This document shows, one piece after another, positions 9,272 to 18,352 of a stretch of 64,000 nt of DNA. The position numbers and the translations under genes are program-made. Under the pieces are notes generated by a model. That model was not told the origin of the DNA. It did no database searches and saw nothing but the letters and a program-made list of their open reading frames with translations. Position 1 is the first letter of the stretch. Every line of letters begins with the position of its first letter. Location: assembly GCA_050011355.1 (NCBI GenBank), contig JBEKJG010000007.1:30756-94755 (forward strand). The letters run 5' to 3'. The stretch is from Thermoplasmata archaeon (GTDB lineage: Archaea; Thermoplasmatota; Thermoplasmata; Lutacidiplasmatales; UBA184).

Positions 9272-9748
9272 CTACCCGACGCCGAAAGAAACCCGTAGGA
9301 GCGCAGCCAGGAAGTAGACAACAATCCCCACAATGGCCGCGACTCCGAGCGCCGCCAGCACGGGGAGCCAAGGATTCCGATCCGACTCGTCCTTCTCGCG
9401 TTCGCGTTCGTCGAGCCAGCAGAACATAGAGATGCCGGCAAACACGGCGGCCGCTCCTGCTATGGCTATCTCAGGCGCATCGAAGAGCAGGTGACCGAGA
9501 GGGTCCTCCTCGGGTTCGTACCGGTCCCGGTGGACTTTCCAGTGATCGTCCAGTTCGTAGGCATGCAGCGCGGGCGGCGCACGGTACTGGCCGATCGAGC
9601 CGGGGTGAGCAATCCATAGCGGCGTTCCAAGCACTGTCTCCGTGAATTCAGCGGGAAGCGTAGGCATCTCGACCTTTGGAACGGAGATTGATTGGCCAGG
9701 GGGCCGGCCATAGGCCCGCACCCTAATCCGGTCGAGCTCCTCCGTCAT
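9272..9748 (-). CDS. membrane protein with His/Asp-rich N-terminal domain
   Basis: QYR...LHAYE...VHRD..P..DPLGHL..DAPE, then two TM helices; ATGA-coupled to the RHH gene. Confidence 0.7.
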   Translation of the reverse strand: MTEELDRIRVRAYGRPPGQSISVPKVEMPTLPAEFTETVLGTPLWIAHPGSIGQYRAPPALHAYELDDHWKVHRDRYEPEEDPLGHLLFDAPEIAIAGAAAVFAGISMFCWLDEREREKDESDRNPWLPVLAALGVAAIVGIVVYFLAALLRVSFGVG

Positions 9749-9987
9749 GTTTGCGGCCCTTGCTGGAAACCTTGGATCAGCTCAAATTCCTTTGGGGGCG
9801 GCTGCGCCAGCATGATTTCGAGGTACAGCTCCGCCTGAGCGGAGATCTTTCGCCGTTCCCGCTCGGCCTTGGCCTTCAGTCGCTGGTAGAGGTCCTCAGG
9901 CAGGTGGAGTAAAACCTGCCGGCGACCAGCGATGACGAGGGCGTCAATGGGGTTGATAGGTATCGCTCGACGCGGTGGTGGAGACAT
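9745..9987 (-). CDS. ribbon-helix-helix (CopG/Arc-like) DNA-binding protein
   Basis: QVLLHLPEDLYQRLKAKAERERRKISAQAELYLE. Confidence 0.75.
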   Translation of the reverse strand: MSPPPRRAIPINPIDALVIAGRRQVLLHLPEDLYQRLKAKAERERRKISAQAELYLEIMLAQPPPKEFELIQGFQQGPQT

Positions 9988-10007
9988 ACGCAGGGTACAA
10001 TCACATG

Positions 10008-10014
10008 ATATTAA
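10008..10014 (-). promoter_or_regulatory. TATA box of the RHH operon
   Basis: TTAATAT on the minus strand ~21 nt upstream of the ATG at 9987, bracketed by a GGTAC...GTACC inverted pair (possible operator). Confidence 0.5.
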
Positions 10015-10070
10015 GCGATATCGTACCGTAGTAGGATTGTCTTCAAACCTCGCCCTCTAGCATCGACCCG

Positions 10071-10104
10071 CGCGCTGATCGCGGTCACCCCATCGGCCGC
10101 GCGC
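10071..10104 (+). repeat. palindromic island repeat, type A copy 1
   Basis: CGCGCTGATCGCGGTCACCCCATCGGCCGCGCGC; core CGCGGTC-N8-GGCCGCG. Confidence 0.85.
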
Positions 10105-10113
10105 GTCCCCTAG

Positions 10114-10689
10114 GTGGGGAGCGTGAAGCTTTGGGATGGCCCGCATTCGAGCCTAGGTTTGACCGAGACGCCAACCGGCCTTCTCATCATTCGCACGAAC
10201 AGGCTTACTCGAGGGTTCTGGTTCATTCAGGCTGGGGTTGCCATCGGTTTCCCGATCGCGGCTTTCGAAGTTACGAGCTTGGCAAGCCCTCGAACTTTGG
10301 GTGGGGTTCTGCCAGTCCTCGTCTCTCTGTTAGCAGCCTGCCTGACGGTTGATTTTCTAATAGTTGAGTTCTCGGATGTGCGGGCCGTTGAGATTGACGA
10401 TGACGGGGTCAGGTTTCGTTACCGATTTCACTCCGAGCGGGGACTGTGGATCGATCTCAGCCCGGGCGACATTCCGGTCCAGGCTGGGATGTGGACGATC
10501 AAACGAAGAACCCGGCGGGACAGCGGAATGCCAAGTAGGGGCCACGACGTAACAATCGAGCAGGCTCGGGCGATATTGAGCTACCCGCGATGTCCCAAGT
10601 GGCGACTCAATGCAAGTACAGCCCAGAAACTCGGGTTGAACGAATCGGTAGGGACCTATCTCTCCTCCACGCAGCCCGACTCAGGTTGA
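10114..10689 (+). CDS. 2-TM + PH-like membrane protein (paralogue 2)
   Basis: Two TMs, VRAVEIDDDGVRF...W.DL...GHDVTIEQARAILSYPRCPKW. Confidence 0.72.
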   Translation: MGSVKLWDGPHSSLGLTETPTGLLIIRTNRLTRGFWFIQAGVAIGFPIAAFEVTSLASPRTLGGVLPVLVSLLAACLTVDFLIVEFSDVRAVEIDDDGVRFRYRFHSERGLWIDLSPGDIPVQAGMWTIKRRTRRDSGMPSRGHDVTIEQARAILSYPRCPKWRLNASTAQKLGLNESVGTYLSSTQPDSG

Positions 10690-10724
10690 CTCCGACAGGG
10701 TATCGCTCGCTCGCGCACCGACCC

Positions 10725-10785
10725 CGCTCCTCGCGGTCAGTCCTCGATCCCACGCTTATTGCGGTCACCCTCATCGGCCGCGCGC
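10725..10785 (+). repeat. tandem type B + type A repeat copies
   Basis: CGCTCCTCGCGGTCAGTCCTCGATCC followed by CACGCTTATTGCGGTCACCCTCATCGGCCGCGCGC. Confidence 0.8.
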
Positions 10786-10813
10786 GCCCTCAGGAAACCG
10801 ACGGGGCGGCCGG

Positions 10814-10840
10814 CCTCTTCGCGGTGTGTCCTCGATCGCG
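10814..10840 (+). repeat. degenerate type B repeat copy
   Basis: CCTCTTCGCGGTGTGTCCTCGATCGCG vs 12316 GCTCATCGCGGTCCGTCCTCGACCGCG (22/27 identical). Confidence 0.6.
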
Positions 10841-11093
10841 GTGAGCCCGCCGGTCCCACCCCCGCTCGGCCTTCGCGGCGAGTGACGGAGACTTATCCCT
10901 CCCGGGAGTACTCTATTACTCCCCCCGCAGTGGATTCGATGAACGCTGAGCGCGGAAACCGTACCCTGATTTCAATAGCATCCACAAAGCTAGCTTCCGC
11001 CAAGCAACTGCAACCCTTGTCTTATCTCGACTTGGCCCTCGCCGGCACTGCCGATCTTTGTAGTGTTGGAGAATTCGTCGCCTCGCTCTAAGA

Positions 11094-11696
11094 ATGAGGG
11101 GGATGGCCGCTACGCGACTGGAAGCTCGCCAGTTCGATACTAGTCGAGAGAGCAATGCACTCGCTCAGTCACGTGCTTTCGGGCGTAACCTCGCGCTTGG
11201 TTTAACCATCATGTTCCTTATCATTGGAGCCGGTCTCAATCTTGCGATTCAAACCCCGTTAAAAAACCCTGGGTCAAGACCCTGGGTGGTGACCGGTGTC
11301 GCGGTTGCCGAACTTGTTTGGGTTACCGGGGCCATCGGCTGTTTGTGGCTCTACCTCGCACTTCGACCGGGGCCGGTACGAGTTACAGTTTCGGATGGGG
11401 GACTGCGCCTTGACTTCGCAACCGGAACTGCCGTACGATTGGGCTGGACCACGGGCGCCTGGCAGATCGAGGACTTCAGCGAGTACCCAACCATTGCGAG
11501 CCAGCCGGGAGGACCTTACTTCTTGAACGTCAACTGGGGTCGGCGCTTTACCATCTCGGAGGAGGCGATGGAAGGCGTGCTCGACCTGGCAAGATCTGTA
11601 GGCGTAAGCGTAGCGACCGTCCGTGGGAGCTCGGTTCTCTACGGATTCTCGCCAAACATTTACCGGCTTCGAGGCGGGCCCCCCGATCGCAAGTGA
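11094..11696 (+). CDS. 2-TM + PH-like membrane protein (paralogue 3)
   Basis: Two TMs, PGPVRVTVSDGGLRLDF...LGW...ISEEAMEGVLDLAR. Confidence 0.72.
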   Translation: MRGMAATRLEARQFDTSRESNALAQSRAFGRNLALGLTIMFLIIGAGLNLAIQTPLKNPGSRPWVVTGVAVAELVWVTGAIGCLWLYLALRPGPVRVTVSDGGLRLDFATGTAVRLGWTTGAWQIEDFSEYPTIASQPGGPYFLNVNWGRRFTISEEAMEGVLDLARSVGVSVATVRGSSVLYGFSPNIYRLRGGPPDRK

Positions 11697-11737
11697 AGTA
11701 GCGTCCTAGGCGCGGCCCGGGGCTCTCCCGAGACCAC

Positions 11738-11771
11738 CGCGCTGATCTCGGTCACCCCATCGGCCGCGCGC
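11738..11771 (+). repeat. palindromic island repeat, type A copy 3
   Basis: 33/34 identical to the copy at 10071. Confidence 0.88.
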
Positions 11772-11844
11772 TTCCATCTCCAGGCTGTTGGTCAGGGGCC
11801 AAACCATGCCAGTTCAAGACTACCGGGCTGACAAAAGTACCCGA

Positions 11845-12321
11845 TTAGGCCACGGACCAGCGACTACAGTACATCGAATGATAGCTGTTGATGAATGACC
11901 ACCAAAGGCCCGGCTCCTCGGACAATAGCAGATTCCGGATCTCAAGACACCCCTCGAGTTGTCGACTCGAGAAGATCATCAACTCTCGCATTCCCGCTTG
12001 GTCGAGTGGCTCACCGCTCGCGTGGAGATTCTCTAGGGGCCCGTTGCGGATACAGTTTGCGATGAGTGCGTTCGCCTCCACCCGGGCGCTTGGCCTCTCG
12101 GGCCGGAATCCGAACAGTGCGGATCCTGGGAGTACCTCTTTCCAGATCTTCCTCCCTCTCGGTCCAAGCGTTTGGTATCCTGCGCTCCGCCTGATTTGCA
12201 CGAAGCGGGTGACAGCCTTCTTCAGTTCAGGCGAAAGCTTGTCGATCACGGCGTGGATCTCAGCCGCGTCCGTCTTTCTTGGCACTTGATCCGGCCGCTT
12301 CGGTCTCCGAGTCGCGCTCAT
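11845..12321 (-). CDS. hypothetical protein (RNGPLENLHA motif)
   Basis: Start MSATRR lies inside the repeat at 12313; GAGGA SD in the repeat loop. Confidence 0.65.
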   Translation of the reverse strand: MSATRRPKRPDQVPRKTDAAEIHAVIDKLSPELKKAVTRFVQIRRSAGYQTLGPRGRKIWKEVLPGSALFGFRPERPSARVEANALIANCIRNGPLENLHASGEPLDQAGMRELMIFSSRQLEGCLEIRNLLLSEEPGLWWSFINSYHSMYCSRWSVA

Positions 12322-12345
12322 CGCGGTCCGTCCTCGACCGCGCGC
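12313..12345 (+). repeat. type B repeat copy containing a start codon
   Basis: CGCGCTCATCGCGGTCCGTCCTCGACCGCGCGC; perfect CGCGGTC-N7-GACCGCG. Confidence 0.8.
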
Positions 12346-12482
12346 GCCCCACATCAAGCCTGCGGGGCTCGGCCGTGGGTCCGGGGCGCAGAGCGGCCTC
12401 GCCCCGCGGCATGATGGGGGCACGGCCTCGGTCCTCGCTCGCATCGCTCGGCCCGAGGCCTGCGCGCTTGCTCCGCATCGAT

Positions 12483-12498
12483 GACCGCGATGAGCGCG
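12483..12498 (-). repeat. inverted half-copy of the repeat
   Basis: GACCGCGATGAGCGCG is the exact reverse complement of 12313-12328. Confidence 0.85.
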
Positions 12499-13176
12499 CA
12501 ACGCGCCTTCGGCAACGCCGCGACAACCGTTTCCATAGAATTGGCCCATGTCCGGGTTCCGGGCAGCGCCCGCACCTACGAGGTGCGCGACGTCCTCCGC
12601 GGGATGGGCCTCCGATGGGATCCCGTCTCCCACGCGCGGCATGGGACGCTCCCGGTTGACCAGGGCTCACGGCTCGTCCGTGAGCTGGGCCTTCGACCCC
12701 AGATCGTGCCAACGATCGAGGCGTTCGCCGCCCAGGCTAACCCGATCGTGGCCCAGAGGCACCCCACGTGGCCCCGCGGCCCAGTTCGGCCCCGAGTGCC
12801 TCACGACGGCTCCCGCACGCGTGCAGAGGCCCGCGTGGCGTTCCCGGACGCGGAGCAGGGCGACGAGGATGGGGTCGACTCGCGGCGGTTCAGCCTCCTG
12901 GAGATCACGAGCGGCCTCCCAGACGACTCGCGGGAGGCGGACGAGCGCGCCGCGGCGCGGAACCTGCGCGACCTGCGCGCCCGCGTGAAGGTGGCGCGGG
13001 CCGCGATTTCGGCCACACCTGGCGCGGATGAGATCCTCCGGCGCGACTGGCAGAAAGCCGCGAGGTTCTACGCGGCTTTCGAGATTACCGAGGCCCAGTT
13101 TCGGCATGGGGTCGCTGAACTGGCCCGCGGAGGCCCGGGTCCCTCAGCAGGTACGTCTCAGGGCGGAGGTTCATAA
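12490..13176 (+). CDS. DUF5710-like domain protein (mobile-element associated)
   Basis: TYEVRDVLRGMGLRWDP motif; start MSAQRA inside the inverted repeat (alternative ATG at 12481). Confidence 0.65.
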   Translation: MSAQRAFGNAATTVSIELAHVRVPGSARTYEVRDVLRGMGLRWDPVSHARHGTLPVDQGSRLVRELGLRPQIVPTIEAFAAQANPIVAQRHPTWPRGPVRPRVPHDGSRTRAEARVAFPDAEQGDEDGVDSRRFSLLEITSGLPDDSREADERAAARNLRDLRARVKVARAAISATPGADEILRRDWQKAARFYAAFEITEAQFRHGVAELARGGPGPSAGTSQGGGS

Positions 13177-13224
13177 CCAACCTCGCGGAGTACCCCGAAA
13201 GCCCCAAAATCGGTGGAAGTGCAT

Positions 13225-13838
13225 ATGGATGGAACCGGATCATCCGAATCGCAAACCGCCCAGACGAGCCCTCATGTCTCGTATCCGCCTCCGCGGGATG
13301 GTATGCATCCGTCTACAATTCTGGCCGTAATCCTCGCGGTAGTGCTCCTCGTGCTCGCCACGATTCTCGTCCTCAACCATGGAAGCCTGCCTATCGGCGG
13401 GTCCGGCTCAGCCGGCAATCCACCCATTGTTCTGATTAGCGCAATCAATCGGAACATTACCTACCTCGGCGGACTTCCGCACTACTTCGGCCCGACAGTC
13501 AACGACACCTGCCCATACTGCCCCGTGGGTGCGCAAGAGGGAGGGGCAATCCGCATCCCAATAGCGACGTGGACACCTCCGGCGAACCTGTCGTTCTGGG
13601 TGTTCCGAACGTGACCGGACCGTTTCCCGTGCTGGCGGGCGGATGCGGAGGGGCGGGGTGCACAATCCCTTGGGTCACCGTTGGGAGCGAGGAAACCTAC
13701 GTTCCCGCCCACACACTCGCTTCGATGACGCTTTTCGCAATCTTTCAACTCACGAAGCCCGTGAATGGGTACTACGCCGTGACGCTCAACGCCACGTTTT
13801 GCCCATCGTGGGTTTGCACCGAGGTTCCGCCAACCTAG
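13225..13838 (+). pseudogene. frameshifted membrane-anchored Cys-containing surface protein
   Basis: N-half (TM, CPYCP) in one frame and C-half (NVTGPFPV...NATFCPSWVC) in the next; one base missing at GTGTTC^CGAACGTG ~13606; could be an assembly error. Confidence 0.65.
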
Positions 13839-14190
13839 CGCACGAGACCTCCTCCCTCGCTTCGCGCGCGGTTCCGCCCCACGCCGGGCCGAGACGCTCG
13901 CAGACGATTGGCGGAAGGCGGCGTGGTTCTACTCACGGTCCTGGATTAGGGACGGGATGTTTCGATATGGGGCACACGAATGTTTGCTCTCCAGGGAACA
14001 GGATTGTTAGGCCTACTCTCGATTGGGGGACTATGTGTCTTGGTCGGGCTGGAGATGCTTTCGAACCTTAAGGAAAGATTGGAAAGATAGAGGGAAGCGT
14101 AACGAGTTGGTCGCAATTGAGCAAAAAAGCGCAGTCTCAGATTGGACGAAAAACAGAGAACTAAGTACTAGAGAAGGTTTCGGATGCACT

Positions 14191-17100
14191 GTGAGGCCCC
14201 CCGAGGCAAACTGGGGCTCTGGTGGCACATTTTCGATTCTCAACTCACGTCGACGGGAAGTGGTCATTTTTGCATGTTGTGCCGTTTTCGCCATCGTGCT
14301 CGCGCCGTCGCTGTCTCCCGTCAGTCCCACGAACCCGTCATCGGGGGCCAGGTTGGCATCCGGCTCGACTCTTCCGCAAGTCAACATCACTGTAGGTCAA
14401 AACGTGGCGAACGAGTCGTCCACCTTTTGGGGAGTTAATCTGGATGGGACATACGATCCTGAAAACCACACCCTGGCTGCACTCTTGAATCAGACCCCGA
14501 TCAAGACACTCAGGTACGGGGCGAACTTAGCTGACGAAGAAAACTGGACCTACAACAGTACGCTCCACGGGTGCTTTTATAACAACTACAGTGACTGCAA
14601 CTCCACACTACACCAGGAAAATGTAACCCAATTTGCTACGCTCTGCCAGTGGCTTGTGTCGGACCAGTGCGATCTGGGCATCCCCGCGGAGATTGATAGT
14701 GTTTCGACAGTACTTTGGATGGCAAAGTGGCTCAATGCTACCACCCACGGTTGGCAGCCGAACTGTTGGGAAATTGGAAATGAACCTCAGACTTGGTGGC
14801 ACTTTGGTTATCCTTGGTCCGAGTGGAACAAGTATCACTTGGCCCAGCCCACTGGTTCGACGTTCGCCCGTGTGGTCCAGAATTACACCAAAGCCTTACG
14901 GAGTATCAATCATAACGCCTGCGTCATCGGGGTGGAATCGGACTCAAATGCCGCGAAGATCGGCCCGTATCTCAACAACACGACCAAGCTGCAACCTAAC
15001 GTCACCGAGGTGGCGTTCCATGACTACCCCGATACACCAACCGGTTCGTGTCCGGGGACTGCATCACAGGCACTCAGCCAAATCGATCTAACTTCAATTC
15101 AGCGAAATTACACTTCAATCGCTTTGCGCAATGTTACGACCAAACCCAAGCTGCCGGTCGATGTTGACGAGTTCAACCTTGGTTACACGTCCTCCATGCT
15201 CCCATCGTGCAGATGGCTCGCTTCGCCGACTAACGCAGTATTCGTTTCAGCCGCAATCGCTCAGGCTTTGGCACGTGGAGTTCCCCGAATGACTTTTTTC
15301 CGGTTTGATTGCGGTGGTCCAACTTGCATGTTCAACAACTCTCACTCTAACTTGACCCTGGCCGAAACTCCCAACTTCCTGGACTATTCGGGTGTTCTGT
15401 CGCATATGGATATTTCTCGCATCTATAATGTGACGTTCTCCAGTGCGGCCACGTCGGGAACCTACATGGCGCTCGGTGCGACGGATACCGGGCTCAATCA
15501 AAGTCTGTTAGTCGTAGACGCCAACCCCTCTGGCCCGGAAGATGTGAACGTTGCGCCCGCCGTCCCGAGCGGTTGGGTTGCAACGACCATTTGCGAGTCC
15601 GGGTACGGTGTCGTGTACACTGCGGCGCTAGCATCGAACAACACTGTTACCGTCGGAAACCAAAGTACCTGCGTAATCCAAGCATCAAGCCCTTGCACCT
15701 TTCCCGGGTGCGATGTCAGCATGATCGCTCTTGCGAAGGACGCCGGGACCGGGGCCCAGACCGTGGGTCCAATCAACGCGACGGGCCGCAGTTTGCTCTA
15801 CCTTGCGATTCAACAGGACTTCTCCGCCGGGGCCGCCCCCACGATTACTGATCACCTGTTGACATGGAGTTTGAGATCGAGCGGCGCCCGTAGCGGAAGC
15901 GGGGCTCTGTGGCTGTACACCGCCGTGGCACCCCGCACTGGGGTTACTTGGCACAACTTTACCGTGGAAGCAGCGGACACCTTCATGCTCGGCTTCATTC
16001 TCATTGACCTGCCCGGATCTGCCGGCTTTGATCCTCAGGAATCATCAGCAGTGATTGCGTCCAGTTACATCTCCACAACGCCCGCCACCTCCATTTCCAC
16101 GGACTCGCCAGCAGCCTATCTGACGTTCATCAGCACGATAGGGGCTAGTGGGGGGTCGCCATCGCTCAGCCCTCGTGCGGGCCAAGATGTTTTTGACAGC
16201 ACCCCCACTCCGTCGTACGCTGTCTCGTGCATTTACGGAGCCTATTCATCCGGGACCCAGACGGTTGGTGGAACGTTCAACATGACCGAGTCCGGGTGGG
16301 TTATTCCTGACGCAGTCGACCTAAACGTCACCGGTAACACCAGCGTGAACGAGATCAGCGCAGTCGACAATGAGCCAACTGGCACTCAATCCATAAGCTC
16401 GTTCAGCGCGACCGCCGGAAGTTTGCTTTACTTGGCGATCGCACAAGATTACAGTGGGGGAGTGCACCCCTTCGTCAATGATACTGTACTATCCTGGAGC
16501 CAACGAGAACATGGGGCAAGTAGCACGAAGCAGGCCACCTGGGTGTTCATTGCAATGGTACCGGCAGGCGGCATTTCAGCCCATACCTTCACAATTCGCG
16601 CGAATGACGGACTGCACTTCGGCTACTTGCTGGTGGACCTAACCGGGTATTCCGGTTTCGACCCAAACGTGCCGTCCGTGGCGGCTAACGTCTCCTATTC
16701 CTCTTCAACCACTCCTTCGGTATCATTATCTGCGAATTCCCAGGCGCTGTACTTGGCATTCGTAAGCACTGTCGGGGCGACCGGAACAATCGCACTAACG
16801 CCGAACCCAATGGAGGAAGTAATGAATTCCGACCCGAGTCCAACATACGCCGTCGCATTGCTCTTTGCCACCGGGGCGGCCGGCTCTGCCACCTTGGGGG
16901 GGACCTTTTCTACGGCCGAATCGGGTTGGGTCATTTCAGATGCGGTAGACGCCCCCAACAGCGGGAATGCTTCAGTGAATGCGCTCTCCTACCAAAAGGA
17001 ATCCGCCGGGGTGTATACCGTCCCTTCCATCGGTATCGGAGGTGGCGACCTCTTGCTCCTGGCCATCGCTCAGGATTACGATAGCGGAAGTCCACCAATC

Positions 17101-17580
17101 ATCACAGATTCCGTGTTAACCTGGGGGGTGGCCGCCGAAGGGGGGAGCGCCTCGTTCGAGTCGTTGTGGGTGTACAATGCGATTGTCCCATATGGGGGGA
17201 TTGCCAGCCACTCGTTTACGATCGAGGCGGCTGACCATGGCCCATTTGGTTACATTTTGATCGACCTTCATGGGCTCGTTGGGTTCGACCGAGACTCGTC
17301 ATCTTCCGGTGTGCAGGACTATTCTTCGTCTACCACGCCATCTGCTTCAGTGATGGCTTATCACCGTGCGGCCTACCTGGCATTCATTAGTACGAACAGC
17401 GCAACCGGGACCATCCTGCTCACCCCCGACTCGGGAGAATCGGTCTTCAACTCAGACCCGTCGCCGTCGTACCAGGTCGCGCTTATCTATTCGATTCTCT
17501 CATCCGGAACCCAGACCGTAGGGGGGACGTTTTCGACCGCCCAAACCGGATGGGTAGACTACGCTGCTGACGATACTTGA
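14191..17580 (+). CDS. secreted clan GH-A glycoside hydrolase with three C-terminal ~210-aa repeats
   Basis: FWGVN, LRYG, WEIGNEP (acid/base), VAFHDYP, VDEFN (nucleophile); start uncertain (ORF open from 14023). Confidence 0.8.
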   Translation: MRPPEANWGSGGTFSILNSRRREVVIFACCAVFAIVLAPSLSPVSPTNPSSGARLASGSTLPQVNITVGQNVANESSTFWGVNLDGTYDPENHTLAALLNQTPIKTLRYGANLADEENWTYNSTLHGCFYNNYSDCNSTLHQENVTQFATLCQWLVSDQCDLGIPAEIDSVSTVLWMAKWLNATTHGWQPNCWEIGNEPQTWWHFGYPWSEWNKYHLAQPTGSTFARVVQNYTKALRSINHNACVIGVESDSNAAKIGPYLNNTTKLQPNVTEVAFHDYPDTPTGSCPGTASQALSQIDLTSIQRNYTSIALRNVTTKPKLPVDVDEFNLGYTSSMLPSCRWLASPTNAVFVSAAIAQALARGVPRMTFFRFDCGGPTCMFNNSHSNLTLAETPNFLDYSGVLSHMDISRIYNVTFSSAATSGTYMALGATDTGLNQSLLVVDANPSGPEDVNVAPAVPSGWVATTICESGYGVVYTAALASNNTVTVGNQSTCVIQASSPCTFPGCDVSMIALAKDAGTGAQTVGPINATGRSLLYLAIQQDFSAGAAPTITDHLLTWSLRSSGARSGSGALWLYTAVAPRTGVTWHNFTVEAADTFMLGFILIDLPGSAGFDPQESSAVIASSYISTTPATSISTDSPAAYLTFISTIGASGGSPSLSPRAGQDVFDSTPTPSYAVSCIYGAYSSGTQTVGGTFNMTESGWVIPDAVDLNVTGNTSVNEISAVDNEPTGTQSISSFSATAGSLLYLAIAQDYSGGVHPFVNDTVLSWSQREHGASSTKQATWVFIAMVPAGGISAHTFTIRANDGLHFGYLLVDLTGYSGFDPNVPSVAANVSYSSSTTPSVSLSANSQALYLAFVSTVGATGTIALTPNPMEEVMNSDPSPTYAVALLFATGAAGSATLGGTFSTAESGWVISDAVDAPNSGNASVNALSYQKESAGVYTVPSIGIGGGDLLLLAIAQDYDSGSPPIITDSVLTWGVAAEGGSASFESLWVYNAIVPYGGIASHSFTIEAADHGPFGYILIDLHGLVGFDRDSSSSGVQDYSSSTTPSASVMAYHRAAYLAFISTNSATGTILLTPDSGESVFNSDPSPSYQVALIYSILSSGTQTVGGTFSTAQTGWVDYAADDT
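15715..17577 (+). repeat. three tandem ~630-bp coding repeats
   Basis: Units begin at ~15715, 16345 and 16975: LLYLAIxQD...W...GFD...YLxFxST...PxPxY...GGTF..xxxGWV. Confidence 0.85.
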
Positions 17581-17844
17581 ACAGAATATCGGCGGAAGGA
17601 GTCGAACCTCGATCCTACGAACTCGCACGAGTCACCTAGGTTCGGGCATGACGTTGCCGGGTCACGGAAGGCAATGATAGATGTACGCACAAATCAATCC
17701 TTACTCCGCAAGAGTCGACCTATTCATTCATGCGGCGGCATTCCATTAACCGAGATCCCGGCCAAGCTGTTTGGCGGGAAGATAACGAGAAATAAGGCAA
17801 GCGGTCACTGCCCTGGCCCCCAATTCGAGGTCGAGATCGATGAG

Positions 17845-18258
17845 TCACTCCGAACCGCGGGGTGCCTCTTGCCGAGTGACCTCGGACCGGAGCGTCGCCT
17901 TAGGAGGCTCCGCGGGGACCCAGTCGTTCCGCCCACCAGTGGGGGTGGTCCTAGATGCGGCCAGTCGCAAATCACGAGCGGCAGATTCTCCGAATGATGT
18001 CAGCTGGTAGACCTTCACGCGGCGATTGATCTCAGCGACGAGGCGTCTTTCAACGACTACCACGTTTCCCGCCATCAAACTGAAGAGGACCTTGACTAGT
18101 GAACTTTGACGGACTTCGAAGGCTGCGACCATCCCCTGCTGAGTGTATGCCAGACCAGCCACGTCGTTGACGCCGAGGCGGTTCAGGCGTGAAAGGTAGA
18201 GGATCACCCGCGCGGCGAGTCCTATTCCCCCTTCGGGATCATTCTTCCGGTACGACAT
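17845..18258 (-). CDS. winged-helix (MarR-like) protein
   Basis: TQQGM...RQSSLVKVL..L...V...RRVKVYQLT..G. Confidence 0.7.
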   Translation of the reverse strand: MSYRKNDPEGGIGLAARVILYLSRLNRLGVNDVAGLAYTQQGMVAAFEVRQSSLVKVLFSLMAGNVVVVERRLVAEINRRVKVYQLTSFGESAARDLRLAASRTTPTGGRNDWVPAEPPKATLRSEVTRQEAPRGSE

Positions 18259-18352
18259 TCACAGAGCCTCCGACGCGGAACCAGATAGGCAAGTCAATGA
18301 CCGGTCAGAGGCCCCCCTCTTGAAGAGACCTACCCCGGTCATGAATAGAACC

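Noticed and set aside
10071-11771. 34-bp palindromic repeats as a CRISPR array
   Set aside because: Spacing is 0.7-1 kb and contains whole genes; no cas genes
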